63,239 bases of DNA, filler included, from an uncultured Chlamydiae bacterium (GCA_937899275.1; 13 parts of 13 records of this genome joined end to end with filler, not necessarily neighbours in it), one strand, 5' to 3'. Positions 50,788 through 61,807 are shown, numbered from the whole stretch's first letter. Notes: generated by a model from the letters alone, not told the origin. Made by a program: numbers and translations.

Positions 50788-50888
50788 NNNNNNNNNNNNN
50801 NNNNNNNNNNNNNNNNNNNNNNNNNNNNNNNTTAATTAATTAANNNNNNNNNNNNNNNNNNNNNNNNNNNNNNNNNNNNNNNNNNNNG

Positions 50889-52079
50889 GGGGCGATTGCA
50901 AAAAAACAGACCCTGCAAGAGTACACAGGGCCGTTTACAAAAGCATTTTTTGAGGATTTAAAGGCGCTATCGATTCTAACTGCAGATAGCTATCCTAAGG
51001 CAACAGAGCATATACAAGGCATGATCCATATGATCGAAAAACTGATCGATCAAGGCTCTGCTTACCAAAGCTCTGATGGGAGCATCTATTTTTCTATTCA
51101 GAGTTTTCCAGACTACGGCAAACTATCCCACTTTTCTTTAGATAGCCTTGAAAAAGGGGCATCTACCCGCGTATCTCTTGATGAATACGATAAAGAAAAT
51201 GATACCGATTTAGATCTTTGGAAGGCATAAGATGCAGATAGAGATGGATCCATTTTTTGGGATAGACATATTGGTAAGAGAAGACCTGGTTGGCATATTG
51301 AATGCTCCTGCATGTGTTTTTCCCAGCTTGGTGAAAGCATCGATATTCACTGCGGGGGAGTGGATAATATTTTTCCCCATCATGAAAATGAAATTGCCCA
51401 GTCAGAGTCTTTATCAAAAAAGCCTTTTGCTAAGATCTGGTGTCATGCAGCACATTTAATTGTAGATGGCAAAAAAATGTCGAAGTCGAAAAAAAACTTT
51501 CATACCCTGCGCTCTCTTATGGAAGAAGGTTTTTCTTCTGAAGAGGTCCGCTACCTCCTTTTGCAAGGGCACTATAGAACGCAGCTTAACTTCACATTTG
51601 ATGGGTTGATCGCAGCGAGATCTTCTTTACAAAGAATTAGAGACTGCATCTACCGATTAGAGCATGTTGCATCGGAGATTGAAGGAGTAGGTAGTTTAGA
51701 TTTACCTCGGTATGAAAAAGCCTTTCGTGAAGCTATATTAGACGATTTACATATCTCTTCTGCTCTAGGCTCTCTTTTTGATCTCATTCGAGAGGCAAAT
51801 AGCTTAATGGATCATAGTAAACTCAGCCAAAAGCAAGCAGAAAGTATCCTTTCTATGATGAGGGGCATGGATCAGGTATTAGGTCTTTTATTTCCTAAAG
51901 AAGAAGCAATTCCAATGGATATTCAAGAAGCGTTAGAACAAAGGCAAATTGCTAGAAAGGAAAAAAACTGGGAAAAAGCAGATCAGCTTAGAGATCAGAT
52001 CATTGCGGCAGGGTATGTAATCGATGATACGCCTACAGGCGTTCATCTGAAAAAACGGAGTGTTTCTAGTTCTCAATAA
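50889..52079 (+). CDS. cysS: Cysteinyl-tRNA synthetase, remainder; in-frame TAA at 51228-51230
   Basis: YPKATEHI, LWKA*, RPGWHIEC, DIHCGGVDNIFPHHENEIAQSE, KMSKS, ADQLRD, all in one frame. Confidence 0.92.
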
Positions 52080-52989
52080 CTAAATGCTCACAGCTACCGT
52101 CCCCTGGGTAGCTCGCCTTATTTGCTCCGGGAAAAGAAAATCCATTGATCAGCGCTTTTCTAGAAATGCTGCTCGTATTTTTTTCGCTAGAATGCACTAA
52201 AAGAGGATGAAAAAATAAGACGTCGCCAGGCTCTAATAATACCTTGATCGGTTTTCCAATTTCCCCTTTTTCGACTAAATCGTTTACTAAAGCGCGTTTT
52301 TTTTCATCGGATAGAGAAGATAGACCATAGGTCTTTGGTTTTTTTATAAAAGGATACACAATCAAAGGGCCGTTATCTTCTTGATGTGGATCAATAGCTA
52401 GAAGCGTTTGTACGAAGCTACCTCTACCATTTAGGTCGCGCCATTTTGGATCAAATGCCATTCTGTTTTCGATATCTTGGTGAAGGGGAAAATAGACGCC
52501 ATCACCTGGCTTTTTGATATGCAGCTGATTGATCAGATGGTCTACAGAAAGAGAGCCGCCGGTGTTTCTGCCTAGTAGCTGCGCTACTTTAATCAAGATC
52601 TCTGGCGTTCTACCGGCATCTAAGAAAAGTTGATCTGCGCCGCCTATCCAAGAAATCAATAAAATCGCTGGAGTATCGGAAAGCCTGTGTTTTTTTACGC
52701 TTGCTCCAAGGTAACGCATGCGCTCATCTAGATTTTTAGGGTCTAGCTTAGGTTCAATGCGTTCAATAAGCGCCTCTGCACGAAGGTGCAGGCTATACAC
52801 GCGGTCAGGATCGATAAGACCTCGGCAAACAAGAAAGCCTTTTTCTGTAAATGCATCGACTTCTTTTTTTGTAAGGCTAAAAGCGCGCATACAAAAAGGA
52901 AGATCTTCCGAATAAAGAGGAGCGTTTGCAGATAAAAAACAACACGGTATGAAAAAAAGTATCCTTTGGATCGAGGTCAAGATCTTCAT
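52066..52989 (-). CDS. Fe(II)/2-oxoglutarate dioxygenase, PhyH family, with signal-like N-terminus
   Basis: FTEKGFLV, KKPG, HQD, DNGPL, GDVLFFHPLLVHSSEKN, RKAL. Confidence 0.85.
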   Translation of the reverse strand: MKILTSIQRILFFIPCCFLSANAPLYSEDLPFCMRAFSLTKKEVDAFTEKGFLVCRGLIDPDRVYSLHLRAEALIERIEPKLDPKNLDERMRYLGASVKKHRLSDTPAILLISWIGGADQLFLDAGRTPEILIKVAQLLGRNTGGSLSVDHLINQLHIKKPGDGVYFPLHQDIENRMAFDPKWRDLNGRGSFVQTLLAIDPHQEDNGPLIVYPFIKKPKTYGLSSLSDEKKRALVNDLVEKGEIGKPIKVLLEPGDVLFFHPLLVHSSEKNTSSISRKALINGFSFPGANKASYPGDGSCEHLVIEN

Positions 52990-53005
52990 CGGAATCTACT
53001 CCTAG

Positions 53006-54592
53006 TTACAGAGGAAAATATAGAACATCTTTAATCGATTTTGCCTGGGTCAGTAGCATGACAAGTCGGTCTATACCGATACCTACACCTGCAGCTGGGG
53101 GCATTCCCTGGCAAATCGCTTCTAGAAAATCTTCATCGATCGGATAGACCTCTTCTTTTCGCGCATCTCTTTGGGATGTAAGGAGGTCTCTTTGCAGCTC
53201 AGGGTCATTGAGCTCTGAGTAGACATTCACCATTTCTGTTCCTAAAATAAACGTCTCAAACCTTTCTACGATCCCTGCATTTTTATGCTTTTCTTCCCTA
53301 TGCAGTTTGCAAAACGGAGTCGTCTCAATGGGATGGTCGGTAATATGATGCGGCTGGATGAGCTTGTCTTCCACAAACTCTTCAAAAAGAAAGGCGATCA
53401 AATGCCCTCTTTTTGCCGAGTCTAATTCTAAGGGAGAAAGGTCAGTTTCTTTTTTCAATAACTTTCGAATCGCCGCATCATCCATTTGGTCGACATCGAT
53501 CGAAGCAAAGGCTTTGATCGATTCTTTCATGGTGATTCTTGTCCAAGGGGTTTTAAGATCAATAGTAAAAGAGCGATCTTTTTGTTCGATTTCTAGCGTG
53601 GTTTTTCCAAAAAGTGTCTTAGCGATATGCGCAAAAAGCTCTTCTACAAAACGCATCATATCTCGATAATCCCAATTAGCTGCATATGCTTCTAGCATGG
53701 TGAATTCAGGGTTATGGGTTTTATCGATTCCTTCATTGCGGAAGATTTTACCTATTTCATAGACCTTAGGAAGGCCTCCAACAAGTAATTTTTTCAAAGA
53801 GATTTCTAAAGCGATCCGCAGATACATGGGCTGGTGTCTTGCTTCTAACGTTGTGGTAAAAGGGGCCGCTTCTGCGCCGCCATAAATCTCTTGCAGTATA
53901 GGGGTCTCTACTTCTAAAAACTCGTGGGATTCCATATAGTTTCTGACAAGGCGGACAATAGTAGAGCGCATCTTTAACCTGTCCATCGATTCTTGGTTTG
54001 CAATGAGGTCAAGCCAGCGTTTGTGATAGCGAACGCCCTTATCTTGCAAACCAGAGTATTTATCCGGTAAAGGCAGCAGCGACTTACAAAGAAGGGTGAG
54101 TTTTTTGACGTAGATTGTCAGCTCGTTTTTCATCGTAAGAAAAAGGTGTCCTTCAATACCAATGATGTCGCCTAAGTCGAGTTTTTTTTCGATAAACTTT
54201 AGCGGTTTGATCTCTGCTTTTTCTGGGTCGAGGCCTACTACTTCGGTCAGCTCCCGGTTGCACATGAACTGCAATTTACCTGTCGCATCTTGAATTTGCC
54301 CAAAAGCATTTTTCCCCATCGCTCGAAATAATACAAGGCGGCCCGAAGTGCAAATATAAGGGCTTTTCCCTTCGGCTGCATCTTCTGCATGAAAAGAACA
54401 GTCATTTGCATACGTTTTTGCAATCGATGTTAAGGAAGGCCCCTCAGGAAATTTATGGGGGTAGGGATCTATTCCATAACTGCGTATTTCTTGTAGTTTG
54501 TGCGAGCGGTTTTGAAATTCTTCTTGCTCGTGGTATTCTGGTAAAGGGGACTTGGGAGTAGTATTGGGAGTAGTAAATGTATCTTTTTTCAT
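53006..54592 (-). CDS. lysS: Lysyl-tRNA synthetase (class II)
   Basis: YLRIALE, FRNEG, HNPEFTMLE, YSELNDP, GIGIDRL. Confidence 0.97.
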   Translation of the reverse strand: MKKDTFTTPNTTPKSPLPEYHEQEEFQNRSHKLQEIRSYGIDPYPHKFPEGPSLTSIAKTYANDCSFHAEDAAEGKSPYICTSGRLVLFRAMGKNAFGQIQDATGKLQFMCNRELTEVVGLDPEKAEIKPLKFIEKKLDLGDIIGIEGHLFLTMKNELTIYVKKLTLLCKSLLPLPDKYSGLQDKGVRYHKRWLDLIANQESMDRLKMRSTIVRLVRNYMESHEFLEVETPILQEIYGGAEAAPFTTTLEARHQPMYLRIALEISLKKLLVGGLPKVYEIGKIFRNEGIDKTHNPEFTMLEAYAANWDYRDMMRFVEELFAHIAKTLFGKTTLEIEQKDRSFTIDLKTPWTRITMKESIKAFASIDVDQMDDAAIRKLLKKETDLSPLELDSAKRGHLIAFLFEEFVEDKLIQPHHITDHPIETTPFCKLHREEKHKNAGIVERFETFILGTEMVNVYSELNDPELQRDLLTSQRDARKEEVYPIDEDFLEAICQGMPPAAGVGIGIDRLVMLLTQAKSIKDVLYFPL

Positions 54593-54779
54593 AGATTAGT
54601 ATTTTGTGGTTTTGGAGGGTTTTTGTCTAGATACAACCTGATAAAGGGCTCTTTTAGCTTGCTTTTAAGAATGCCGCATTTTATATAAAAAGTTCTTATT
54701 AAAAAGATAGAAAAAAATACTTGAATATAAAAAGTCAACAAGTTAAAATAAACTTAATTTCTTTTTTTGAAGGTTATTT

Positions 54780-55627
54780 ATGAGCGTTCCACATTCAGTA
54801 GAACCATTAAAAAACTACTTTCTAGGTGGGGGCAAAAATACCTATTTCCCAGGTTCAGAAGAGAGAAAAGCTCAAGGTCTAAGTGATCGATCGTACTGCT
54901 TTCTCAAAACCAATAAGTCTTTTTTTTTAGAACGGCTTGCAGATATTGTCAATGGGATTGCCTTTGCGGTTATTATTTCAGGTAAAACCCTGATAATTGC
55001 CTTATTTGCTGCGCCTTTACTGACGTTAGATCTTTGTGGTAGAAAGTATTCCATGGCTAACTGCTGCGCACAAATTGGCAGTCCGATCCTAGTGTTCAAA
55101 GTCGTACTGGCTTTTTACCGAGCAATCGGCCGCCCTATCGAGGGTTTTGATGGCTCTTACAGCTTGGTTGCTAAGGCCATTGGCCGTCGTCATTACTCTC
55201 TTGCTCGTGATATGTTGGAAGCTGGATTGCGTTCACATCCCCCAAAAGAGCTCTCCCGCAAAGATTTAAAAAATCAAGAAAAAAATATACCAATCATTGC
55301 TGCCTTTGAAGACGATCATATAGATCTTATAAAGCTCATCTTAGAATCAAATCCGGAAAGTGGCAGCTACAGCCCTCTTCCGTATATTTTTAATAGTATT
55401 CTAAACGGTAAACGCGGCTTTCAGCCAGCTCTAGATCTCATACTAAAGCATTTTTCTATTAATGATCTATCTGAAAGAGATCGTTCAAATATTCTGTCAT
55501 CGATCCTTGCACATAAAACTGACGCTTTGCGCTATCATCTAATGAAAGCCCTATCAGATGGTGGTATTCAGCTTTCTTACTCTTATCTGGAAGATCTTAT
55601 TACAGCACCAGTTGATGTCGCCACTTT
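54780..55627 (+). CDS. Hypothetical protein: hydrophobic segment plus degenerate ankyrin-like repeats, 3' truncated
   Basis: Hydrophobic aa 55-110; LVAKAIGRRHYSLARDMLEAG, PIIAAFEDDHIDLIKLILE. Confidence 0.6.
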
Positions 55628-55727
55628 NNNNNNNNNNNNNNNNNNNNNNNNNNNNNNNNNNNNNNNNNNNNTTAATTAATTAANNNNNNNNNNNNNNNNN
55701 NNNNNNNNNNNNNNNNNNNNNNNNNNN

Positions 55728-56006
55728 CGCTTTATCAATTGAGGAGTAAATGTCATCTGTCGTCGCCTTACTGCGGATTTGCGTCTGCAAAAATTTGAGG
55801 ACCATCGATGTAGAATGGTTGAGCTTTTCCTTATCTAAAACAATGCAAATATCGAGCATATGCTTGCTAAAGCGCTCAATTTTTTCCAACTTAGAAAGGA
55901 CATAATCGCGAATCGCGTCGGTAAGCGAAAAGTGCCTTGCATGAATTTGGAGTTTATAATGCTCGTTTTCAAAAAGATGGGATTTAGACATATCTACAGC
56001 AACCAA
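55728..56006 (-). CDS. hpf: Ribosome hibernation factor (HPF/RaiA), 3' truncated
   Basis: IHARHFSLTDAIRDYVLSKLEKIERF, DIYSSIDKA. Confidence 0.85.
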
Positions 56007-56046
56007 TTTTTCTTACAATTCTTAAGGATTTTCTCTCTTTTTGCAA

Positions 56047-56448
56047 TCAAAAACCTGCACGCAAAATTTTGCCTTCCTTATACCGCCAAATCCCCTCTTC
56101 TACTACAAACAGGCTTTTTTCCTGAAAACTAGCATCTTGCGTATTTTGTGTTAGTTTAGCAGAAAACGTGACGCATGCCTCTTGTTCATTTTCGACAAAA
56201 GAGTGGATAAATAGACCTAAAAAAGAAGTGGTTTTACAAAATGCTTGCACATTGGAAAAAAAATCCTTCCCTTCTGCAGCGATAATAGATAAATGACTTG
56301 TCTTAGCGATATAGTCGACAACACAAAGCGCATAGGCTGCATAACGAGAGCGCATTAAAATGAGCGCATTCTCGGGGTTTTTACCTTCATGATAGGGCTT
56401 GCAACAAGCAGCGTAAAAAATATTTTCTGAACAAGGACATTTTCGCAT
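56047..56448 (-). CDS. ychJ: YchJ family (SEC-C motif) protein
   Basis: CPCS...YAACCKPYH, LMRSRYAAY, VTFSA, EKSLF, WRY. Confidence 0.88.
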   Translation of the reverse strand: MRKCPCSENIFYAACCKPYHEGKNPENALILMRSRYAAYALCVVDYIAKTSHLSIIAAEGKDFFSNVQAFCKTTSFLGLFIHSFVENEQEACVTFSAKLTQNTQDASFQEKSLFVVEEGIWRYKEGKILRAGF

Positions 56449-56483
56449 AGAAAAAATTTACTCGTATATTCCATATACAAAAT

Positions 56484-57356
56484 ATGGAACCAATCGTTTT
56501 ACAAAATACAACGGAAGAAGGCGCTTTGCTTTCTGCCACGTTTCTCCCTTCTTCTGGCATGAATCTTATCAGCTACAAAAAAGATCAGCAAGAGGTGATT
56601 GACCAAACCACAAGACAAGCATTTGCTGAAAGGTTTTCTGGTCTAGGTCCGGTCATCGGCCCTCATTTTTTCCGTATGCAACCTTTTCTTGTGGCAAAAC
56701 CTGTGAGAAAAGATCTTTTCCCTCACATAGAAAGGGTGTTTGCAAGAGGGCAAACCGATCCTTACTCTCATGGGATTGGGCGCTACGTTCCTTGGACATA
56801 CGAGGCCTCTTCCCAAAAAATTGAGGCGCATCTTACAGGAAATGCTACATATAAAGGAGCGCCCATCAAAGATCTTGAAGGCTATGATTTTTCGATGAAC
56901 ATGCTTGTGCAGTTAGAAAAAGATGGGTTATCGATCGCGATGAGCGCTTCCGCAGATAAAGAGTGTGTGACTGGTCTACATTATTATTACGCCTTGGAAG
57001 AAAAAAAAGGGAGAATCAAAGGTCCCATCCAAACTGTCTATAACAACCAGGGAGCATTTGAAAAAATCCCTTCATCCTGGCTAGAAAAAGAGCAACAAAT
57101 GCTCAATTTTGATCTCAGCGCATTTGCCGACTATGGATTTTTACCACCCTTTGAAGATAGCTCTTCTTGGATGGCATTACAAACAGGGAATCGATCGGTA
57201 AAAGTATCTTACCAAGGGAAAACAGATGGCGTATCTTGCCAGATCTACTCTCCAAAAGGGGCAAGTTTTGTGTGTATTGAGCCAATTGGGGCAAAAAACC
57301 CACGAAGGCTAGACAGCGCCACTAGCTCTTTTACAGCAAAAATCACCATTTTATAA
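56484..57356 (+). CDS. Aldose 1-epimerase/galactose-mutarotase-like protein
   Basis: GMNLIS, HGIGRYVPW, GLHYYY, FVCIEP. Confidence 0.7.
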   Translation: MEPIVLQNTTEEGALLSATFLPSSGMNLISYKKDQQEVIDQTTRQAFAERFSGLGPVIGPHFFRMQPFLVAKPVRKDLFPHIERVFARGQTDPYSHGIGRYVPWTYEASSQKIEAHLTGNATYKGAPIKDLEGYDFSMNMLVQLEKDGLSIAMSASADKECVTGLHYYYALEEKKGRIKGPIQTVYNNQGAFEKIPSSWLEKEQQMLNFDLSAFADYGFLPPFEDSSSWMALQTGNRSVKVSYQGKTDGVSCQIYSPKGASFVCIEPIGAKNPRRLDSATSSFTAKITIL

Positions 57357-57376
57357 AGCAGACGCTTGTGTATAAT

Positions 57377-57419
57377 TGCACCGAAGAGGACTCGAACCTC
57401 TAACCACTTGGTCCGAAGC
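57377..57419 (-). tRNA. tRNA-Arg(UCG), 3' half (truncated by contig end)
   Basis: Reverse complement GCT-TCG-GACCAAGTGGTTAGAGGTTCGAGTCCTCTTCGGTGCA: anticodon loop with TCG, T-arm GGTTCGAGTCC. Confidence 0.85.
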
Positions 57420-57519
57420 NNNNNNNNNNNNNNNNNNNNNNNNNNNNNNNNNNNNNNNNNNNNTTAATTAATTAANNNNNNNNNNNNNNNNNNNNNNNNN
57501 NNNNNNNNNNNNNNNNNNN

Positions 57520-58835
57520 GCGCTTCTCGCTTTTTTTCTCCTCTACAAAAGGCGCTGCTAAACGCATTAGATAAAGCGCAGTTGCAAGAAGCAAAAAGTG
57601 GCGCCGAAAAAGTTTTAGATGAAAAACTTTTTGCGATTGAAGCATTTGTGCCTGAAAATAAAACCGCTTTTTTAGAAGAGATGCTGCAAGGTAAGGCGTT
57701 AACTGCGGAATTAGTTGTAGGCGAAGAGATGTATCCCACATATATGGAAAATCAGGGCTACAGCCGGGTAGGGGAAGATTTAGTGCATATCTATGATACT
57801 CCATCGGTAGAAGACCCAGATCCTTCTCTTTGGGTCTTTTGGTTTTTCGCTGTTTTTTATGCGATGATTGTGGCAGATGCAGGCTACGGCTTTTTGTATT
57901 TTCTATTTGCTCTTTTTTTACAAAGGAAGTTTCCCGAGTGGACAGGTGTCAAGAAGCGCTGCCGCACTCTTTTGATGACCATTTCTATTTTTGCTATGGG
58001 TTGGGGCGTTCTCACCGCATCTTATTTTGGGATTACGATTGGTCCTGATAACCCTTTGACGAAAATTTCTCTTGTTGATCAATTAGCGCAGAAAAAAGCT
58101 ACGTATCATTTAGCCGCAAAAGATGCTACTTATCAAGAATGGCTCCGATTATATCCTGCAATTGCGGATGCTCGTTCTTCTAATGAGTTTTTTACTATTG
58201 CTACAACGAAGCATGAAGGGAAAGTGCAATATAAAGCGCTAAACGATTTTTACGATTCAATTTTAATGGAAATTGCATTGATCGTAGGGCTTATTCATCT
58301 TCTTTGTTCGTTTGGTAAATCTGCTAGAAAAAATCCATCGGGCGTCGGCTGGGCGCTTGCTATGATAGGAGGGTATCTCTATTTTCCCAAATTCTTAGCT
58401 GCTATAACGATACTGAATTTCACAGGAATCATTCCGCCGCATATCGCCTATTTTTTAGGATCAAATCTACTTTGGATAGGGCTTAGTTTTGCTATTCTTG
58501 CCTCTGTATGGCAAAATAAACTTGTTGGCTTATTTGAAATTGCCAATGTGATCCAAGTATTTGCTGATGTGTTATCGTATCTTCGTTTATATGCGCTAGG
58601 GCTTGCTGGAATGATTATGGCAGATACATTCAATCAAATCGCCTTAAGTGTAGGGCTTTTACCTTTTGGATGGATCATCCTTTTTGTCGGACATACAACA
58701 AATATTTCTTTAGGGATTATGGGAGGGGTCATCCATGGACTTCGTCTCAACTTTTTAGAATGGTACCACTACTGTTTTGAGGGAGGAGGTCGTCCTTTTA
58801 ATCCACTAAAATTACTGAATAAATTAGGAGAATGA
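57520..58835 (+). CDS. ntpI: V-type ATPase subunit I, 5' truncated
   Basis: DPDPS, MIVADAGYG, DVLSYLRLYALGLAG, HGLRLNFLEWY. Confidence 0.93.
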
Positions 58836-58839
58836 AGTT

Positions 58840-59265
58840 ATGGATTTTGCAATGATTGGCCCAGCGATTGTGTTGGGATTAAGCTGCCTTGGCAGCGCTG
58901 TTGGATGCGCTATTCCTGGTATGGCATCTCATGGAGCTATGAGCCGTGTAGACGAAGGGCATGGAAAATTTATCGGCATTTCTGCGATGCCTTCTTCGCA
59001 GTCGATTTATGGGTTTGTATTGATGATTTTGATGAAAAATGCTTTGCAAGCAGGTACGCTTTCACCACTATCGGGTATAGGTATTGGATTATCGATTGGT
59101 CTTGCAATCATGGTCTCTTCCATTTACCAAGGTATGTGCGCAGCTACCGCAATCCAAGCTTGTGCAAAGCAACCAAATATTTTTGGAAAGACGTTTGCTG
59201 CTTTAGGTATCGTTGAATCTTTTGGTCTATTTGCTTTTGTATTTGGTCTTCTTTTATTGGGCTAA
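58840..59265 (+). CDS. ntpK: V-type ATPase subunit K (four-TM proteolipid)
   Basis: GSAVGC, PSSQSIYG, SIYQG, IVESF. Confidence 0.93.
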   Translation: MDFAMIGPAIVLGLSCLGSAVGCAIPGMASHGAMSRVDEGHGKFIGISAMPSSQSIYGFVLMILMKNALQAGTLSPLSGIGIGLSIGLAIMVSSIYQGMCAATAIQACAKQPNIFGKTFAALGIVESFGLFAFVFGLLLLG

Positions 59266-59428
59266 AGGATGGATTACACCGGAAAATGTTATGTAGGTTA
59301 AAGGTAGGCAAGGGCTTAGAAAAAAACTAAATTTTTTTTTCTATTTTTCGTGTACATAAATTCGGGAGTGAACTATATTTACAGAAATAAGTTGATCAAC
59401 GAATTGATCAGAAAAACAAATTACCCCC

Positions 59429-59475
59429 TTCATAGAAGATGGCTTTTTCCTCCCTTTTAGGCCATCTTCTATGAA
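59429..59475. terminator. 15-bp perfect inverted repeat between convergent ntpK and NUDIX genes
   Basis: TTCATAGAAGATGGC (59429-59443) / GCCATCTTCTATGAA (59461-59475). Confidence 0.6.
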
Positions 59476-59969
59476 CTTTTTTCTTCTAAAAACAGTCTTA
59501 TTCTCATAGCAATAAATTTCCCAATCAGCATCGGATGTTTACACAACATACGAAAGAAAAGTGCATATGTAATTGCGTCGAGTTTTCTTTGAATGAACTC
59601 TTTCGTTTGTGCATCTTGAATCCATTCAGGATGAGGAGGGGGCATCATCTTGGGAAGCGCATTTACAGGAAAAAAAGCAGCAGCAGTCGTTTCTGAAGAA
59701 GAGGAAATAAAGCCGCCGATCACCTTTGCTTCGTATAGATGCGTAAAACTTGTGAGCTTATTTATTGGGGTGTATTCTCCTACTTTTCTTTCGATCGAAA
59801 TTTGTAGTCCACTTTCTTCAAGTACTTCTCGTATGCAAGCATTTTCTGGGGTTTCTTCGGCGTCGATGCCTCCACCTGGCAGCACCCAAACAGGGATGTC
59901 GCGCCTTTTTACAAGCAAAACTTCACTGCGGTCTTTAGAAAATACAGCGCATATGACTGCTTTTTTCAT
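59469..59969 (-). CDS. NUDIX hydrolase
   Basis: WVLPGGGIDAEETPENACIREVLEESGL Nudix box; start MKKAVIC. Confidence 0.9.
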   Translation of the reverse strand: MKKAVICAVFSKDRSEVLLVKRRDIPVWVLPGGGIDAEETPENACIREVLEESGLQISIERKVGEYTPINKLTSFTHLYEAKVIGGFISSSSETTAAAFFPVNALPKMMPPPHPEWIQDAQTKEFIQRKLDAITYALFFRMLCKHPMLIGKFIAMRIRLFLEEKSS

Positions 59970-60011
59970 AGTAGCATCCTTATCTAACGGTTTTATATAC
60001 TGAGGCCTTAT

Positions 60012-60500
60012 ATGATATTGTATATGGTAAAGCAGCGCTACGGCAATTTTTTTGCTCTTCTTTTTTTGTTTTGCGTCAGTTGCAGTCAAGGTGTGTATTC
60101 GGTACAAAGAAGGTATGTGGACGCCGCTTTTTTGGCGAGCTCACACATCCATACAAAAGATCGCACGCGCTATGATCCTATTGTAGGGGAGCAGTTGATT
60201 GTGTCGTGGAATTTTCCTTCGGGGGTATTTCAAGAGGGCGTACAAATGATTTTGTCTTCTCGTTTAAAAAACCAGGTGGAGAAAAAAGAGGTCTTTACTC
60301 CGAAAACAAGATGGGGCTCGCACGTATTTTTTTTTCCTTCAAAGGCGCTGAAAAAAAACTCCTCTTCGTACAATGATTCTTGTGCAAGACTGGAAGAAGA
60401 GTCTCTTTTAACTTATAAAATTGATGTGATAAGCGGTAATGGAGCTCTTTTACAAACGGTGAAAAACCGCCTTTGGGTAGAGAAAATCGCTTTTCAGTAA
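60012..60500 (+). CDS. Putative lipoprotein
   Basis: Basic N-terminus, hydrophobic core, lipobox-like CVSC. Confidence 0.65.
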   Translation: MILYMVKQRYGNFFALLFLFCVSCSQGVYSVQRRYVDAAFLASSHIHTKDRTRYDPIVGEQLIVSWNFPSGVFQEGVQMILSSRLKNQVEKKEVFTPKTRWGSHVFFFPSKALKKNSSSYNDSCARLEEESLLTYKIDVISGNGALLQTVKNRLWVEKIAFQ

Positions 60501-60526
60501 GGCACTTATTTTTATCTATATACTTG

Positions 60527-60596
60527 TTTTGAACATCTGGTTTTGAACATCTGGTTTTGAACATCTGGTTTTGAGCATCCAGTCTTGAGCATCTGG
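60527..60596. repeat. 14-bp tandem repeat, five copies
   Basis: TTTTGAACATCTGG x3, then TTTTGAGCATCCAG and TCTTGAGCATCTGG. Confidence 0.95.
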
Positions 60597-60690
60597 CCTA
60601 GATAGTACTTCTAGAGATCACTTCTGGACTGCTTTGGAAAAAGTGGTATAGTAGTTACGCTGCCTAGAATCGAAAAGATGAGCTATATAT

Positions 60691-61535
60691 ATGATTTCCT
60701 TTCAACAAGTATCCAAACAGTACGCTCTAAAACAACCTAAAAGAACTGCCGAAAAAACCCAGAGCGGTGTACATATAGCGCTTTCTAAAGTCAATTTTTC
60801 TATAGAAGAAGGAGAAAAAATCGTTCTTCTTGGAGGCTCAGGATCGGGAAAAACCACACTGCTGAAAATGATTTTGCGCTTAATCGATCCTTCAGAAGGG
60901 ACCATTTGCATCGAAGGTCGCGACCACCAAAGTTTCGACTTAATCGATTTGAGAAGAAAAATGGGCTACGCGATTCAAAATACGGGACTTTTCGATCATA
61001 TGACCGTAAAGGAAAATATCACCATCATGCTCCGGCTTTTAAAATGGGAGGCAAACGCTATTGAAAAGCGGGTAAAAGAGCTGTTAGATATTGCCCGCCT
61101 CCCTTCTTTTTATCTAGATAAGTACCCCCAAGAGCTAAGCGGTGGTCAAGGCCAACGCGTAGGGCTGGCAAGAGCTCTTGCCCACGACCCTCCGATTATT
61201 CTTATGGATGAACCTTTTGCAGGACTCGATCCGATTATTCGAGAAGAGCTGCAAAACGAGTGTTTAGATCTACAAACAAAGCTTGGTAAAACCATGGTGT
61301 TTGTCACGCACGATATGTATGAAGCATGTAAGATGGGAGATAGAATTGTTGTATTAAATGAGGGGAAACTCCAACAAATTGGCCCTCCAAAAGAGCTGAT
61401 ATCGAACCCAAAAAACCCCTTTGTTGCCAGTTTTTTTGCCAAACAGAGTTTTCAACTGCTACTCATGACAAAGCGGGTTGAGCACATGCCCTTGCATCAA
61501 GATGAGCCGGTAGAGTTTTTTGTGCCCGCTAGTAG
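60691..61535 (+). CDS. Osmoprotectant ABC ATPase (OpuCA/ProV-like), 3' truncated
   Basis: GGSGSGKTT, LRRKMGYAIQNTGLFDHMTV, LSGGQGQRVG, LMDEPF, FVTHD. Confidence 0.9.
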
Positions 61536-61636
61536 NNNNNNNNNNNNNNNNNNNNNNNNNNNNNNNNNNNNNNNNNNNNTTAATTAATTAANNNNNNNNN
61601 NNNNNNNNNNNNNNNNNNNNNNNNNNNNNNNNNNNG

Positions 61637-61807
61637 ATCGCAGCTTTTCTTGCGCTAAAAAGCTCTCCTTTATATGCTGCGATTCTAGGTGTTTTTTTAC
61701 ACGGACTTGCAGGGACGCTTGACACCAAGAATACTACAGACTACAGCCTCATTGCATCGGATCTTATCGAAGCGCTGCCAAAAGTATTTTTTTCCCAATC
61801 TTATTAA
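61637..61807 (+). CDS. NAD(P)HX dehydratase (Nnr/YjeF C-terminal), C-terminal fragment
   Basis: IAAFLA...AAILGVFLHGLAG...SLIASDLIEALP. Confidence 0.78.
   Translation: MAAFLALKSSPLYAAILGVFLHGLAGTLDTKNTTDYSLIASDLIEALPKVFFSQSY

Noticed and set aside
60527..60596. CRISPR array
   Set aside because: Units are 14 bp, directly adjacent, with no spacers; no cas genes in the window.
11490..61635. Recurrent TTAATTAATTAA palindrome as a biological repeat
   Set aside because: Always centred in identical N padding, so it is a concatenation linker. Gene adjacency across it means nothing.
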